Part shown: positions 12,435-29,173 of the stretch, piece by piece
How positions within the stretch are numbered: position 1 is the stretch's first letter
Layout of the letters: the number at the start of each line of letters is the position of its first letter
Assembly: GCA_009103225.1 (NCBI GenBank)
Contig: RHPI01001715.1
Location: forward strand, 1,260,428 to 1,324,427
Direction of reading: 5' to 3'
Origin: Chlorokybus atmophyticus
Lineage: Eukaryota > Plantae > Mesostigma and Chlorokybus algae
DNA length: 64,000 bases
Made by a program: the position numbers and the translations under genes
The notes under the pieces: generated by a model
What the model saw: the letters and a program-made list of their open reading frames with translations, nothing else
Told to the model about the DNA's origin: nothing
Database searches by the model: none

Positions 12435-15400
12435 ATGGCCGCGGCGACGGCGTCGGCGGCTGGGCTCGGAGGCAGTGGTGGAGGCGGAGGTAGACGTGCC
12501 TTCGGCAGTGTCACGTCCATCATCCCTGCTGGAGGCCCGGGCATGCCGCTCAGCCCGCCCAACGCCGGCGACCAGGCCAGCGGCGGCGGCAGTGGCGGGG
12601 GTGGTGGCCTCAGCGGGATCGATGGCAAAGGGTTTGTGCGACCCAAAAGCGCATCCGTTGAACAGCCTGCAAGGAACTTGTCAGGTGTGCCATGACTGTT
12701 AGCACATCACTTGTCTTCGGTTGTTGGAGCATGCCGTGTCACGTTGGTTGCCAGCATGCGTACGTGCGTGCGTGTGATAGATTACAATCAGGTAGCCATG
12801 CTTCCTGTCTTAAGATTCAGCCAGCTTTCAACTTAGTAAAAGCTGCCTTATTTGACAGTGTTCAGTTAAGATTGCAAGCTTCAACAAGGTAAGCAGAGGT
12901 CTCAACGTGCCCAATCTAAAACTCAATCAGCAAAGCTGTCTTACACGCCAATGCTGAATGACGTTGACGTGCGTGAATACTACCTGCGTTGCTGTTGACT
13001 GATTGTTGAACCTGCATGCGCAGTGGCGTGGGTGGCCACGCTTCAGGCCGGAGGCGAGGTGCGCGGCGCATGCTGCTGCACCGCAACCCCAACCACCACC
13101 ACCACCACCACCACCACCACCATTAACAACAATGCAATCAACAAGCGTGTGTTTACGGTAGAGCGCTCTGGCACAGCATGCTGCTGGAGCGCCGCCGATG
13201 GCCGCTGGCGCACATGGGCCACCTCGTCCACCTCATCCACCTCCACCTCCTCCTCCTCCTCCTCAGCCTTCTCCGCCGTGTGCGTGTTGGACGGCCACGT
13301 CGACAACACTTCCTCGGGCGGTGGGGCGCAGCTTTGGTGCGGCACGCAAGAGGGTGAGATTATCATCTACAGGGTGGGTGTGAGTGGCGTGGAGGAGGGT
13401 GTGGTGGTGAGGAGGTGGCACGCGCACACGGGCGGGGTGACGTGCGTGGCGGCGGCGAGGAGACACGTGTGGAGCGGCGGAGCGGACTTCCGCGTGCGCA
13501 AATGGGATGCAGCGGGAATGAGGCAACTCGCGTGCTACTCGCATCATCACAACGCTGTACGGGCGATACTTCTCGTTGACATGCATGATGATACACACAA
13601 CCACAACAACAACAACAGCCGCGCCGTGCGCGTGGTCAGCGGGGCCGCCGATACCACCCTCGCCGCATGGGACGACACCGACGACGTCGACAAGGATGGC
13701 GACAACAACACCGACAACAACAATAACAACAGTACTGCCGTTATCATGCAGGGTCACAGCAAGGCTGTCTTGTGCATGTGCGTCGTGCGCGAGTCCGGCT
13801 CCGTGTGGAGCGGTTGCGAGGGTGGTCGCGTGCGCGTGTGGATGTTGGAGGGCAACTCCTTCCTCGGCGAGGTGGTCCACTCCCCCGCGGGTCACGCCGT
13901 GACGGCCCTCGTGCCTTTAGGTGCACACGTGTGGAGCGGCGGGGCCGACCGCAACCTTGTGGCGTGGGACGCAAACACGCGCACGAGAGTGGTATCACTC
14001 GGGGACCAAGGAGCATACATACGCACCATGCTGAGAGTTGGGTGGGCTGTGTGGGTGTTCCTCGCTGATCGAACCATACGCGTGTGGACCGCCGAGAGCG
14101 TTATCAATGAGGAGGCTGTATCTTCTCTCAATGCACGCAATGCACGCCTCGCACGTGAGCTCAAAGACGTGGAGGCGCGTGTGGGTGATGTCAACCAGGA
14201 GCTCGTGAGGAAGACCAAAGCGTATGATGCCATGCATGCTGATGTCCTGTCCGCGGATACTATGCGCATTGAACTGGAGAGAAAGCTGGCGGATGCCAGG
14301 AAGGAGGTGCAAAATGCCAGTGAAGACGCCAAGAAGGCAGCTGAGGTGGCCCACAATCGCATCGCGCAGTTGCAGGCGAAACTTGATGTGAGTGCGGTTC
14401 AGGAAGCATCCACATGTATGCGTACGCATACCCCCATGCAGACAAACAGACACAGAGCCACACGCGCATACACGCACACACACCAAAGTTACCAACCCGC
14501 AGTGCTCGAGCTGAGTGAACTTGTCTCTCATGTAGGCTTCTGTTGCTGAGGCTTCTTCCCTCAAGTCCTCCTCCCTCCAGCATTCCGCGGACGCCGATCG
14601 TCAGCTGGCGGACCTGACCGCCAAACTGTCGGCTGCGGAAGCCGCGCGGTCGCAGGCGCTGGCGGAGGTGGAGGGGATGAGGAGGACGGCGGAGAGCGAG
14701 AGGGCGGAGAGGAGGGAGAGGGAGGGGGAAGGGGAGCGGGCGGCAGCCGAGACACAGGCAATGTAAGCACACCAGGCCTTTTGTTCATTGCACATCGCTG
14801 GACTAACTCCCTACTGCACGCCATCATGTATTGACCACTACCAGTGCCTTGGTGCATGCACGTGCGCGTGCGCGCTCTTGCGCATCCATGTGTGCCTGCC
14901 ATGACAACCCTTCCTCTCCGTTCCCAGGCGTGCCAAGGTGGATGCGCTGGCGCAGGAGCTGGCCACTGCCCTGGCAGAACGGGACCGCGTGGCAGCTGAG
15001 TCACAGACAACGTAAGCATAGTAACAGGCCTTCTGCGATTGCACGTCGTTGTACAGTTTTCCTACTGAGCAATGTCCAACCGCCACCAATGCTTTTGGGT
15101 GCATGCGCGTGCTCGTGCGCGTGCCGATGTGTGCGAGATGAACTCCACCTTGTTGCAGGCGTGCCAAGATGGAGGCATTGGCGCAGGAGCTGGCCACTGC
15201 TCGTGCCCTCAACGAAGAGCAAGCACACATGGGGAAAGAGCGTGAGCGCGTTCTGCAACAACAGCTGGAATCTGGCCAGTCAGAGCTCGCCAACCTCACC
15301 AGCCAGCTGTCGCAGTCGCAAGAGCGCCAAGCCTCCGACCGCGCTAAGCGTGTCGATCTAGAACACCATCTCGCTCACGCTGGCGACGTGGAGCGTGCCG

Positions 15401-17125
15401 AGCGCGCCGCCCGCGCCGAGGCCGAGCGCCAGCTGGCGGAGGTGCTGCGCACGCACGGGATGGAGCGCGACGACGCCGTGGAGGAGCTGCGGAGACAGCT
15501 GGCGGAGGCGAGCGGGGCGCATGGAAAGGAGGTGATGGAGATGGAGAGAAAGATGGAGGAGGCGAGGAGCGAACAGAGCAAGGAGCAAGAAGAGTTGTTG
15601 CTTGTATCACAACAGCTGGCAGATGCAAGAAGCAAACTCAACGCGCAGCAGGAGGACCTGGCGCACATGCAACAAGCGCGAGCTGAAGAGCAGAGCGAGT
15701 TGGTGCGCAAGCTGGCGGAGTTGACAAGCGCGCAGAGCGCAGAGCGCGAGGAGGAGCTGAGCGGGTATCAACGACAGCTGAATGAGAAGACGAGTGCGCT
15801 TGCTGCCACGCACGAGGAGGTTAGCGAGTTACGACGCCAGGTTGCAGAGGCTGAAGGCGAGCGTTCTTCCAAACATGAGGAGGAGCTGAGCGCGTTGCAA
15901 CGCCAGCTGGCAGAGGCAACGCAGCGGGAGGTTACTGTTGATGAGGTGCTCAGCGCATCGCAGCAGCAGCTGGCGGAGCTGCAGCGCCAGCTGGATGAAG
16001 CCACCAGCCATGCGCATGGCGCCAAGCACGAGGAGCAAGAGCTGGAGCGCCAGCTGATGGAGGCGAGGGCACTTCACGCGGCTCAACTACATGAGCTGAG
16101 CGAGGCGCAGGTGACGTACGAGGCCGAGCGGGATAAGCGAGTAGATCTTGAGAAGGCGTGTGCGTTGCAAGTGAGAAGGTGCGAGGAGCTGGAGCGGGAG
16201 CTTGCGGAGATGCGGGCTGAGCTGGAGCGAGTGAAGCAAGGTGGAGAGGAGAGGGACAAGCAGCATCGAAAGCTCGGTGATGAGGACGACGAGCTCCGGC
16301 GCGTGCTCGAGGTGTTGCGTGACAAGAAGCGCGCTCTCAAGGCTGCAGCAACAGCGCTGCGCGAGCGCGTGGCGTCGCTGGAGGGGGCGCTGGCGGAGGC
16401 GAGGGAGCAGTACCGCGCATGCGGGGGGGCGTCGAGAGAGATCGCGGAACGCGTCGCGAGATTGGAGGAGAAGCTAGCCGCTGCGTTGAGAGCACAGAAT
16501 AAGCTGGGTGCTGCCTCGCAGACAGTCTCACCCGCTGTACAGCAACATATTGCGCGGCTGCAGCTCGCACTGGACCATGCCGCACGCGACCACGCAAGAA
16601 CCAACAAAGGTGGGGGGGCAGCGACACCCGTAGCTTTGCAACACACCCTTGCTTGAACCCGCCGACTCACTGCTGTGTTGTTGTCGTTGTTAATGATGCC
16701 GATGTTGTTGTGCGGTTTCAGAGCTTGCAGCGGCGCGTGCTGAGGCTGCGCGGTGGGCCAGCGCCGTTCAGGGATTGGATGCGGAGCTTCAGGCACATCA
16801 GGCCGAGGCGCTGCGTCTGGAACGCCAGTGTCGCCAGCTGGAGGCATCGTCCGCATTATCATCGTCGCCCACGCAAAGCGAGGAGCAGCTGCAGAGGGTG
16901 ATGCGGGAGCACTCGCAGCAGCGGCAGGAGTACGAGGAACGGCTGATGGAGATGGAGAAGAGGATGATGATGATGGAGAGGGTCAAGCGCGCCGTGTTTC
17001 ATGCTGCCACGCAGACTGGACTGTTTGAGGAAGTGATTAGTCAGGCGCCGGCGGTGTTGGTTAGGCCGGACTCCGCGGCTGTGAGGAGGAAAGAGCGAGA
17101 GCGATTCTTGTCTGGTTGGGGTTGA
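12435..17125 (+). CDS. WD40 beta-propeller + long coiled-coil protein; 6 exons (12435-12684, 13024-14387, 14536-14762, 14928-15011, 15159-16609, 16722-17125)
   Basis: All GT-AG junctions keep the frame. WD repeats include AHTGGVTCV..VWSGGADFRVRKWD, GHSKAVLCM..VWSGCEGGRVRVW and VWSGGADRNLVAWD. They are followed by ~800 aa of E/Q/R/A-rich heptads. Stop at 17125. Confidence 0.85.
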
Positions 17126-17787
17126 GATGTTACCATGTTGGCGCCTGTGTATGCCTGTGTTGTGGCAAGTTGTGCACGGACCATGTACATGGACAAGTGT
17201 ACATAGAGTAGTGGTTGTCAGTTGTCAGTGCAACATGCTTGCATGAGGCCATATTTGGTACGCAAGGAGTATGCTGTTGCTACATCGTCGCTTAGCACGA
17301 TGCGTAGCACGATGTAGCAATATCATGCTCCCTTAATCTGCAGAGACAACCTCAGCAGAGCATGGTGCCACCAACATGACGTTCAATCACATCACAAATT
17401 CTGAGCTGCAACACGATTCACCATGCCTTGGACGTGGTCGTAAGTCGTGATCTGAGAGAATGCCACAGTGTGTCTAGCAGATGTGACGGATCGGGTGTCA
17501 AATCAGCACATGTGCTGATGCCATGTTCACAGCACTGAGGAGCACATGCGTTGGCTTGCATCGCAAGGAGTTATTTCATGCAAGGGTCAATGGCAAGTGT
17601 GAAATACAAAATCATCTTAGTTGATCATGCGCTCCAACAGTCTCATGCAGTCCAAAGGTAGCAGAGAGCCGAGAGAGGGAAGTTCTGTGTGCTCTCCGAG
17701 CAAATAAAGCAGCACTAGCAACACTCTACACTGCAAGCCAACCACAGCGCAGTACAACTCAATACTTACTAACACCTGGCGCATTAC

Positions 17788-19322
17788 TCAAAAGCGGTCT
17801 TTCCGTTTGCGTCCGGTATACTTGGTGTCGGTCGGGACGTTGAATCCCTTCTTACGCCTCTGTTCTTTCTTGCGCAAGAGCCACGCGCGCGAGCCCTTGG
17901 CCTTGCCTCCAGCATCCTTCCCGCCGCGCTTGACTCGCTTGACGGGTCGCTCGCGCTCCGTCACGCGCACGCGCTTGCCACCAACATTCCCCTCATCATC
18001 ATCCTCACCCGAAGTCGACGGCCCTTCATCATCATCATCATCACCATCATCATCATCTTCGCTATCCGCGTCCATCGCATCGAGTCCCTTTGCTTTAGGT
18101 AGTGCGTTGGCCAGCGAGGGCGCGCCTGCCATGAGCACGAGGAAGTACTTCTTCGCACGTGTAGAGTGCGGGTAGTCCACGACGAGTCCACCCGCAAAAC
18201 CCGCACGCATGGCCGCGGAGGTGATGAGCTCTGCTTGGGCGGGACCGTCTGGGTAGAATTGCAAAGCTGCGCGTGCTCCCGGGGCTAAAGCGCTGTAGAG
18301 CGAGCGGAAGAATGTGCGCAAGCGAGCGCGAGGGTCGTGAGAGGATGCGTCTGCATTGCAAAGCCATTGCACCGCGGAGATGCTGATAGCGCCGTCGAAG
18401 ACTGCGTCGCGCATGCCGGCGACGCCCTGGCCGAGGTCAGCCAGAGCCACGTCGCCGCCCTCAAGACCGGACTCGACGGCCACATCTGCACACGCACACG
18501 CGCACCCTCAGCAAGGCATGGATGCACCTATGCAGCGTGCATGAACTGGTGCCAACGTAATGATACTACGTACAGACTGCTCGAGGCACACCGTTAGTGG
18601 AAAATACGATGATGTGCATCTGACTCAAGGCACGTTTGTTATGCATGTGACGTTGGTCTGTTGTTGGCATTGATGCTGCTCTGTGCTATGCATCGCAACC
18701 TCTGTGTATCAGTATAGTTAGACAGCTGTGCTGGCTCAACCACAGGCAAGCGTCAAGGAAACCGCGCATTGTTCACATCCAATTCTAGACGTGCGCTCAA
18801 CATGCACCAGCGCACGGCTCTTCAGCGATTGCATCAAACACGCTGAGCTACTAGTTGACTAGTGGTTCCCTGAAGTTGACCGGAGCAAACGCTTGCATGC
18901 AGCAGTTGTGCAACCCTTCTCGACCACCGTAAAACGTGTGAGACACGCCGGACGACATGACAGGTTTTAGAGTGAATTGATTGACAAGTCGAGCGGATAC
19001 TGCAACAAAACGAGAGATCGCGAGTAGTAGTAATCGAGTCAGCACCTAACATAGCCGGTGCGATGTCCAGCCCGATCCACTCGTGTCCCTTCTCCGTTAT
19101 GGCCGCTCCGCTCAGCCCACTCCCGCACCCCAGGTCCAGGATGAGTCTCGGTCCCCCTCCCTCGCCCAGCGCCAGCAGCTCCAGCGCCCGGTCCGCCAGC
19201 TTCGACTGGACGGCCGCCGCGCGGGAAGACGAGGTGTAGCGACGGGCCTCGTCGGCGCCGTAGTAGAGCTCGGGAGGGGCGGCGGCCTCGGGCCTGCGGC
19301 CTCTCTTCCCTGCTAGCGACAT
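17788..19322 (-). CDS. BUD23: 18S rRNA (guanine-N7)-methyltransferase BUD23/WBSCR22; 2 exons (19322-19046, 18485-17788)
   Basis: RPEAAAPPELYYGADEARRYT, LILDLGCGSGLSG, DGAISISAVQWLCNAD, MRAGFAGGLVVDYPHSTRAKKYFLVL and the C-terminal DTKYTGRKRKDRF. The phase-1 intron rebuilds the Asp in ML-D-VAVE. Confidence 0.95.
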
Positions 19323-21995
19323 CGCGGCTCACCCGACTCGACTATGCCGCCGCCACGGCCACGGCCGCCGCCGCCAGCGCCTGCGCCCGGCATTGGCGCG
19401 TACGTCGTCGCTGAGTCCAGCCATGCCGCGGGTTACCTTAAAGTTTTACCCATGTGAAGCGGTGTACTGTGCGATATCGGTCTCAGTACAAAGCCCTAAC
19501 CGCCGCCTTTGGTGAGGTGATGTGTTGGGCTTGTGGGTTGGTGTGTGGCGGCGGCGGCGGCGGTGGCGGAGGGGGTGGCGGAGGTCCGGTCGGCGACCTG
19601 CTCGCCCAGCGCGTGCAGGTTGGTGCATGTTGCCTGTGTGATTGTTGCAGTAGTCTGCTCGTCTGCCCCAGCCGCTGCGGATGAGGAAACAAACACTACT
19701 ACCCACAGACCTGTTCCGAGTCCTTCGGGGCGATGACGGACAATCCGTGCACCACTCTGACGCAGCAGCGGCTGTGACCACGTGCTTGTTGTTGTGTGCC
19801 TCAAAACCTTAGCTGAGGGTTCCCGTGATGATGGCTCTTAGTCATGCTAATACCGCCTAATCATGCGGAAAACCGCCATTCTTCTCACACTAGGCTTTGT
19901 CTGAGGATTCCCTCGTGCTGTAATCCGCCTCGTTGTCCAATGCGCATGATAGTCATCTCGTTGCCGTCGCCTTGCAGGTGGCTGGCACGTCCTCCGTCGC
20001 TTGCTCTGCCTTCATCGCTGCCTGCGTTCGCCTGCGTCAGTTCAAACCTGCACACACTAGATACACCTGATCTTATCTGAGGTGCCACCGCTGGTCCAAC
20101 TGAACGTGTTTGTTGGGTTGGGTTAAAGCTGGGGGCCCGATGATCATTGCCTGCGACGGTGAGCCCCTCTGTGGCAAGGAGCCGCATAGCGGGCTTTTAC
20201 TCACTCTGCTGTGATGATCAAATGCTGAGCACAACATTGCTGTGCTGGTAGCGCCACGCAGTATACTGCGCGTGTGCCGTGACCGTTCAAGCCTTACTCA
20301 GCTGAGCAGCTATTGTATGCAGCTTTCCAGTGTGTGTGCAGTGGTAGGTCTGTTTTAGCACAGCAGCGGGGGGAGGTGATGAGAAAATGACAGGTACTGC
20401 TGAGCGCGGCGCAGGCTCTTGTCTTTATGTGCCCTCGCTGATGAAACTATCACACTAGCTCCTGATTCCCCTCTTTGCATTTTAGTCATGTGCGGCTGGT
20501 GCAGCTGTTAACCTTACACCTATCTGCAGGCATGGCGACGCAGTCTCTTGCAAGTATGAGCCATACAGTTGCCCGAGAGGCATGGCCGCTACTGCCAGCA
20601 GGCCTCGCAGCCTTAGCACTTGCAACTGCTGGTGCAGGGCTGAGAGATTGGCAGTTTGTCGGGAAAGCGGCAAAGGTGGAAGACAGCACGCGCCGGCGCT
20701 CCTTTGCTGTCACGAATGAGTATGGCTTGTTGGAGTCTTTTGGTAGTTTAGTGGAGCGCTCTACTTGAGCTAATAAGCTAGGTACCTCTGCTAGCCACCT
20801 TTTGTGTATTCGTGTGTAGAGACCTGCTGCAGTGTGTGTACAGAGCATAGGTTGTATAGCTTTTTGTGAAGTGATATACTTGTACAGGATACCATTCTTG
20901 GACCTGATGATCTGTGCAGCCCTGGTGCTAGTGCAGTGTGCGTGTGATATGCTGGTGTGCATGCCGCCATTTCAGCCTCAACAACAGAGCACAATGCACC
21001 ACTTCTCTGTGTGATGTGCTTTGTCACTGGCTGGCACTCCCGAGCGGGCTGCAAGCGTGTGTACTTTTTGCGCTGGACTTCCTTGTTTGATACACTGCCC
21101 ATCAACAAACTGCACGCCATTGGCACATGGTACCAACTGGGAATGCTGCTTGGTATTTGATTATGCATTCAATTCGCTTTGCCACCAGCCTGTAACCATT
21201 TCAATTGCATGTCGCAATGGCTTAGCAACGCTTCATGCATGTCGTGCGGGATCGCGGCGCAGAACTGAAGCATGTGTGCGCGCGTAGGCGATGATGTGAG
21301 AGACCGCATATGTCATGTCACGTGTTTACAGGTAGACGCGCATACAGCAGCACATAGTATAGCTGTAGCATAGGGCCCCGGGGGCTGAATACATGTGCTG
21401 GGTCTGCCTCTGCTTGCCTATGGTTGCTGCTTCCAAACTGTGCACGGCATGATCTGTAAAATAATCTATACCCTATGCACACAGTGGTTGTCTTTGCTTC
21501 CGCTTCGATGCATGTAATGGCCTGCAGTGCCATCGCATGTCCCATGCGGGCACTCACTACACAGTGGCAGTCTAGCAGAGAACAAGCAGCCAGACATGCT
21601 TAATGTTTCCATGCTTGCTGGCCTTGTTGCAGTGTGCATCAGCACCACTGTGCCTAAGTGGCACAAATGATCAGATATATGCTCACCACCATCGCACATG
21701 TCTCTTTCACCTTATCTAGAAGTACAGCACAAAACTGGCCATGATGACTCACTGTCCTTTCACAATAGACACCAATGTACCAATGCCTGCTCCAACAAAG
21801 CTAATCACAGTCAATCGCATGTTCTCCCAACCATGGAGAACGCTATCACAACGCAGTAGCCCTACGCTACGTAGTTAGTATAAGATAATTGGGAAGCCAG
21901 CCTTCGGGCTGGCAAGAAGTTGTTGCAGGTGGAAAAAGGCGGGTTGGGTTCGTCCTGTCTTTGAGGTGTGTTGCATGCATCATCCTTGTTGATCG

Positions 21996-22561
21996 TCAGT
22001 GAAGCCCCGCTGCTGCAATGCCCGCCTGGGCGCAGTCCTACTCCACGATTGGAGATGTTAGATTAACAACAATGCTCCCAGTGTGCAACACACAAGGTGA
22101 TGCATTGCATGTGTGCATGCCAGCATACCCACCTGGTCGACGATGGGGTCGAGGGAGCCGTCCACGCCGATGGCGCCGCCGTTGAAAACCAGGCCGCCAC
22201 CGACGTATAGTGCCCTCCCGTTCTGCCCATCGGCCGTGGATATGGACGTGGACGACAGCGCCAGCGCCAGCTGCGACGTGGACACCCCGAACTTGGCCGC
22301 CGTCCAGGCCTTGGCTGCCGCCGGAGAGTCCACTGCGGTGCTGCCGCCGGCGGAGGCCACCACGCCCAGATCGCTGGTACGCACCACCACAGCGCTGACG
22401 CCCCTGAAGCCCTTCTGTGCGCACGCCGCCTGCGCCGCCTGCGCCGCCTTCGCCGCCGCCTCAGTCGACACGTCCGCCGCCGCCGCTGGCACTACGCTGC
22501 TCATGCACACCGCCAGCAACACCAGCATGCCCAGCACCGTCACCTTGCCTGGCTGAGCCAT
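21996..22561 (-). CDS. Secreted GlcG/HbpS-family (Haem_degrading/DUF336) haem-binding protein; 2 exons (22561-22133, 22037-21996)
   Basis: Signal peptide MAQPGKVTVLGMLVLLAVCMSSVVPAAAA. Then AAQAACAQKGFRGVSAVVV, AAAKAWTAAKF, VGGGLVFNGGAIGVDG. A phase-0 intron joins DQ to DCAQAGIAAAGLH*. Confidence 0.75.
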
Positions 22562-24426
22562 GCTGCTTGCCTCGAGGCAGGTAATGTCTCTCTGCTGCTC
22601 CGCAATCCTGCTCACCTCAACTCGCCGCTAAGCGAACGAACACTCCCAGCGCCAGCGCCACCACAGCAGCCGACGACACTGCCGCCCCAGAAATGGTGAG
22701 ACCGCGTGACAAGGTGATGAACCTCCCTCAACGCTAAGAGCAGTGACGAGAGATCAATTCAGCCGTTCACCTGATTCTGATATGATGATAAAGTCGGCGT
22801 CGCGTCACGTGCGCGGTGAGTCGCGTCACCGGAGCGGTGAGCATGCGACACTTGGCAAGCAGACAAGCAGCAGTACCGGTAGGGGAAAAGGTCACGCCTA
22901 AGTCGTTATACATATGAGCAAGCTAGCAAGCCCTGAGACATGTCCCGTTAAGCGCAACACTGGTCCTGGGACAGGACAGTAGCCGCTGCGTGGGCGACGG
23001 CGACGGCGACGGCGGCCAGGAGGTGGGCATCGTCGGCGGCGGCCAGGTGGAGGTGCACAAGGACGTGCACTGCAGCTACGCAGGCGGACGCAGGCGGGAG
23101 CGAGGTGCACAAGCAGGTGGAGGCGCTGGGCCTGCGTCAAGCAGTGCGGAGGGTGCTGCAAACTGGAAGAACCCAGAGACAGGCCAGACTTGGAACAGTA
23201 ACAGCGCAACCCTGCAGAAATGGAGCTGGAATGTACAGCAAGATGCTGTAGTTGTCGCATCCTGTTGTTTGGAACACTGCATGGTATGGTATGCCTGTTG
23301 CATTGGGTTGTCCAGGATTTGGTGGAACGCACAACAATAAACTGACTGCAACAGCTTCACTCACTTATGTTTGACAAAAACAACTATTGTCAATAATCCC
23401 CTGCAAGACAAATTGCACTATGGGATCGTCATCAGCTCAGCAACGGTCGTCAGGACCCGTTGATGAGGTGATCGTGCCCCCGTCACGTGCCTCCCTTGCA
23501 TGCGTTTGCATGTGCTGACTAAGTGCGAGTGAGCAGGATGGATGCTTCGGTTACTGGATCGCTTCCCATGGTGAACAACATTGCCAATGTGTGGCATTGT
23601 CTGTGACAGAGCTGACTTGGCACCAGCAAGGGACGCTGCTACTACTAGTAGAAGCACACAAACGGTATCATACACCTTTTGTACCCATTGCATGTGTGTT
23701 TCTCTTGCCATTTATCATGTCTCATCAAATCCAGCTACATGGTGGGAACTTGTCGTCAGCAATGGACTGTTTGGTACCTCTCGCAGCTGAAGATCTTGAC
23801 AGTATGACTGCTAATTGGTTTTGCGTCCCACATACACGCATTGCAGCAGTGCATTTTTTAGTGTCATCAGTGTCATTGTATGCCTCTTTAGCAAATGCCG
23901 CATGGCGTCAGCAATTGCCAGTACATACACAACTTCCATCAGCGTTGCGCAAGGCACACTTAGAGAGGGATGTGCAAACACGTGGCATGCAACAAGCTTA
24001 AGCACAAGCAAACAGTAGATTATGCGGGTGCCAAGGAACACATTATCAAAGCTAATATGGCAACCACAACAGGAATGTTCTTCCAAATGGTTTGTACGGG
24101 GTGTTGTATAACGTATGCTCAGGGCATGTGTGTACTCACGGGACAGGCCCAATTACGCTTGCGGTCGCAAATGTCCTTACATAATCTGGGAGCGCTTTAC
24201 ATAGCACAATCACAGCAGTACCATGCCAATAGTGATCATGTTTGTTGCAGTTTGAGTAAACATATGCAACATTTTACGGGCACATCCCATCACATGAGTG
24301 AGACACGCAAGAGCTGCACAACAATGCTCGCTTTATTGACGATATATGCCAATATGCACCCCTGTCATCATGCCACTGCCGCCGCATGCTGCGGGCTGGG
24401 AGTGCTTGTTGTCAACACAACTACAC

Positions 24427-27851
<3,425 letters not shown>

Positions 27852-28634
27852 CCTCGTGGTAGCTGTCGTTGTCGTCGCCTGCGCCGGCAGCACCGCAGTG
27901 CCCGGCTGAAAAAACTATCGGACGTATCTCATTACCTATCAGCAATGCACTTTTTCTGCCCAGCTGGCAAGTTATTTCTCCTTAAAGGTAATGTCTACGA
28001 TGATAACTGAATGGGGTTACGACACCCTCTCTCTTCTGATGCCTTTGTGTGAGCTCCACATCGATTGAAACTGAACTCCTGCACTGAAGGCTTTTGAGAA
28101 CCCATCAGTATTCAGGGCTCAGAGGGCGAAATGGCTTAACATGCATGCAAAAGCAACGAGCTTTATTGCTTGAAGTCATCGCGTGCAACTATTATAAGCA
28201 CGCAATGGCCTCTGCAAACGAATTCAGTATCGGTAGCCATGTTGCACTTATGTGGATTTCCATAACTGACACAACGATACATGCGTTAACGTTAACAAAC
28301 TCCGTAGATGTTTAACTAAGTAATGTAATTTTTATTTATGACAACCTCTTTGTATTACCCTGCATTATATAATGCAATAATCGTTGCGCAATACTAACAC
28401 TGCAACAGGTAATTTACCTTTCAAGTGGTTGCTTCATTTTCAGCAGCGATTAATGATAGCCTCACAACATGCATTAGCAGCTTTTTTCTTCACTCGAAAA
28501 TTAGATGTGAAAAGGGGGGAAAATGAGTACAAGGTTGTGTTGCACATGTGATATATGTGACACGTCTTTACAATCAAAGTAAGCTCGTATCACACCCGCG
28601 CCTTTTGAAGTTACGCAGCGAATTGAGTATGTTT

Positions 28635-28770
28635 GTTACGTTCGTAGCATGAATTTATACTAATCCTCCACAATCACGCCTTCGACTGATGTGAGCAAGT
28701 GGAAACCCCTCATTTCATAATATTTGGTATTGGGCTTGAAAGCCAAAGGTCATTGGTTTGAATCCTGTTG
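28635..28770 (+). repeat. Short repeat with tRNA-like A/B boxes (possible SINE head); 5' part repeated at 38264-38351
   Basis: GTTACG.TCGTAGCAT...CTGATGT...AGTGGAAACCCCTCATTT.ATAA is shared with 38264-38351. A-box-like TGAGCAAGTGG at 28692, B-box-like GGTTTGAATCC at 28755. Confidence 0.45.
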
Positions 28771-29173
28771 GGGGATAGAACTCAAGTTTTTCGGGAAAAC
28801 AAGATGAATGAGGAACGCTCATAAGGGTAAATTGCCCTAACTTCGATGGTGACCCTAATTTCGTAGTTTTCACTTAATCAATGCTGTAAGGCATTTTAGT
28901 TGAATGATTTGAGACTTTAAATGGAGTTAGAGCTCATCAAGAGCTACTTGGAATATTGAAAACGGCTATGATTGACTATGTATTGCGCTAGTCACAAATG
29001 ATCAAAGATGCCTTGTTTTAGAATCACGTTGTTAAAGTGCTCTCGGAACCGTGTGAGCAAGTTACCCTGCACACGGCTCGCCAACTGCCCAATTTTCGTT
29101 AACGCTTGGTTTCATCATGATTGTTGCAAATCTTCGCTTAAGCGAGTGAAGTGAAGCGTGACGAGAAGCTGAC

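Noticed and set aside
12000-12700. Pro-rich minus-strand ORF 12365-12646 and neighbours
   Set aside because: It is the antisense shadow of the Gly-rich exon 1 of the WD40 gene, which has a phase-consistent splice junction.
19340-20770. Possible + strand spliced gene divergent from BUD23 (splice-like sites at 19978, 20158, 20393, 20530; ORF 20475-20768)
   Set aside because: The exon combinations I tried ran into stops and no family motif was recognised. It may be a small orphan gene or lncRNA but is not supportable.
28680-28775. Functional tRNA gene
   Set aside because: The acceptor and T stems do not pair properly and the boxes are degenerate. Kept only as a possible SINE relic.
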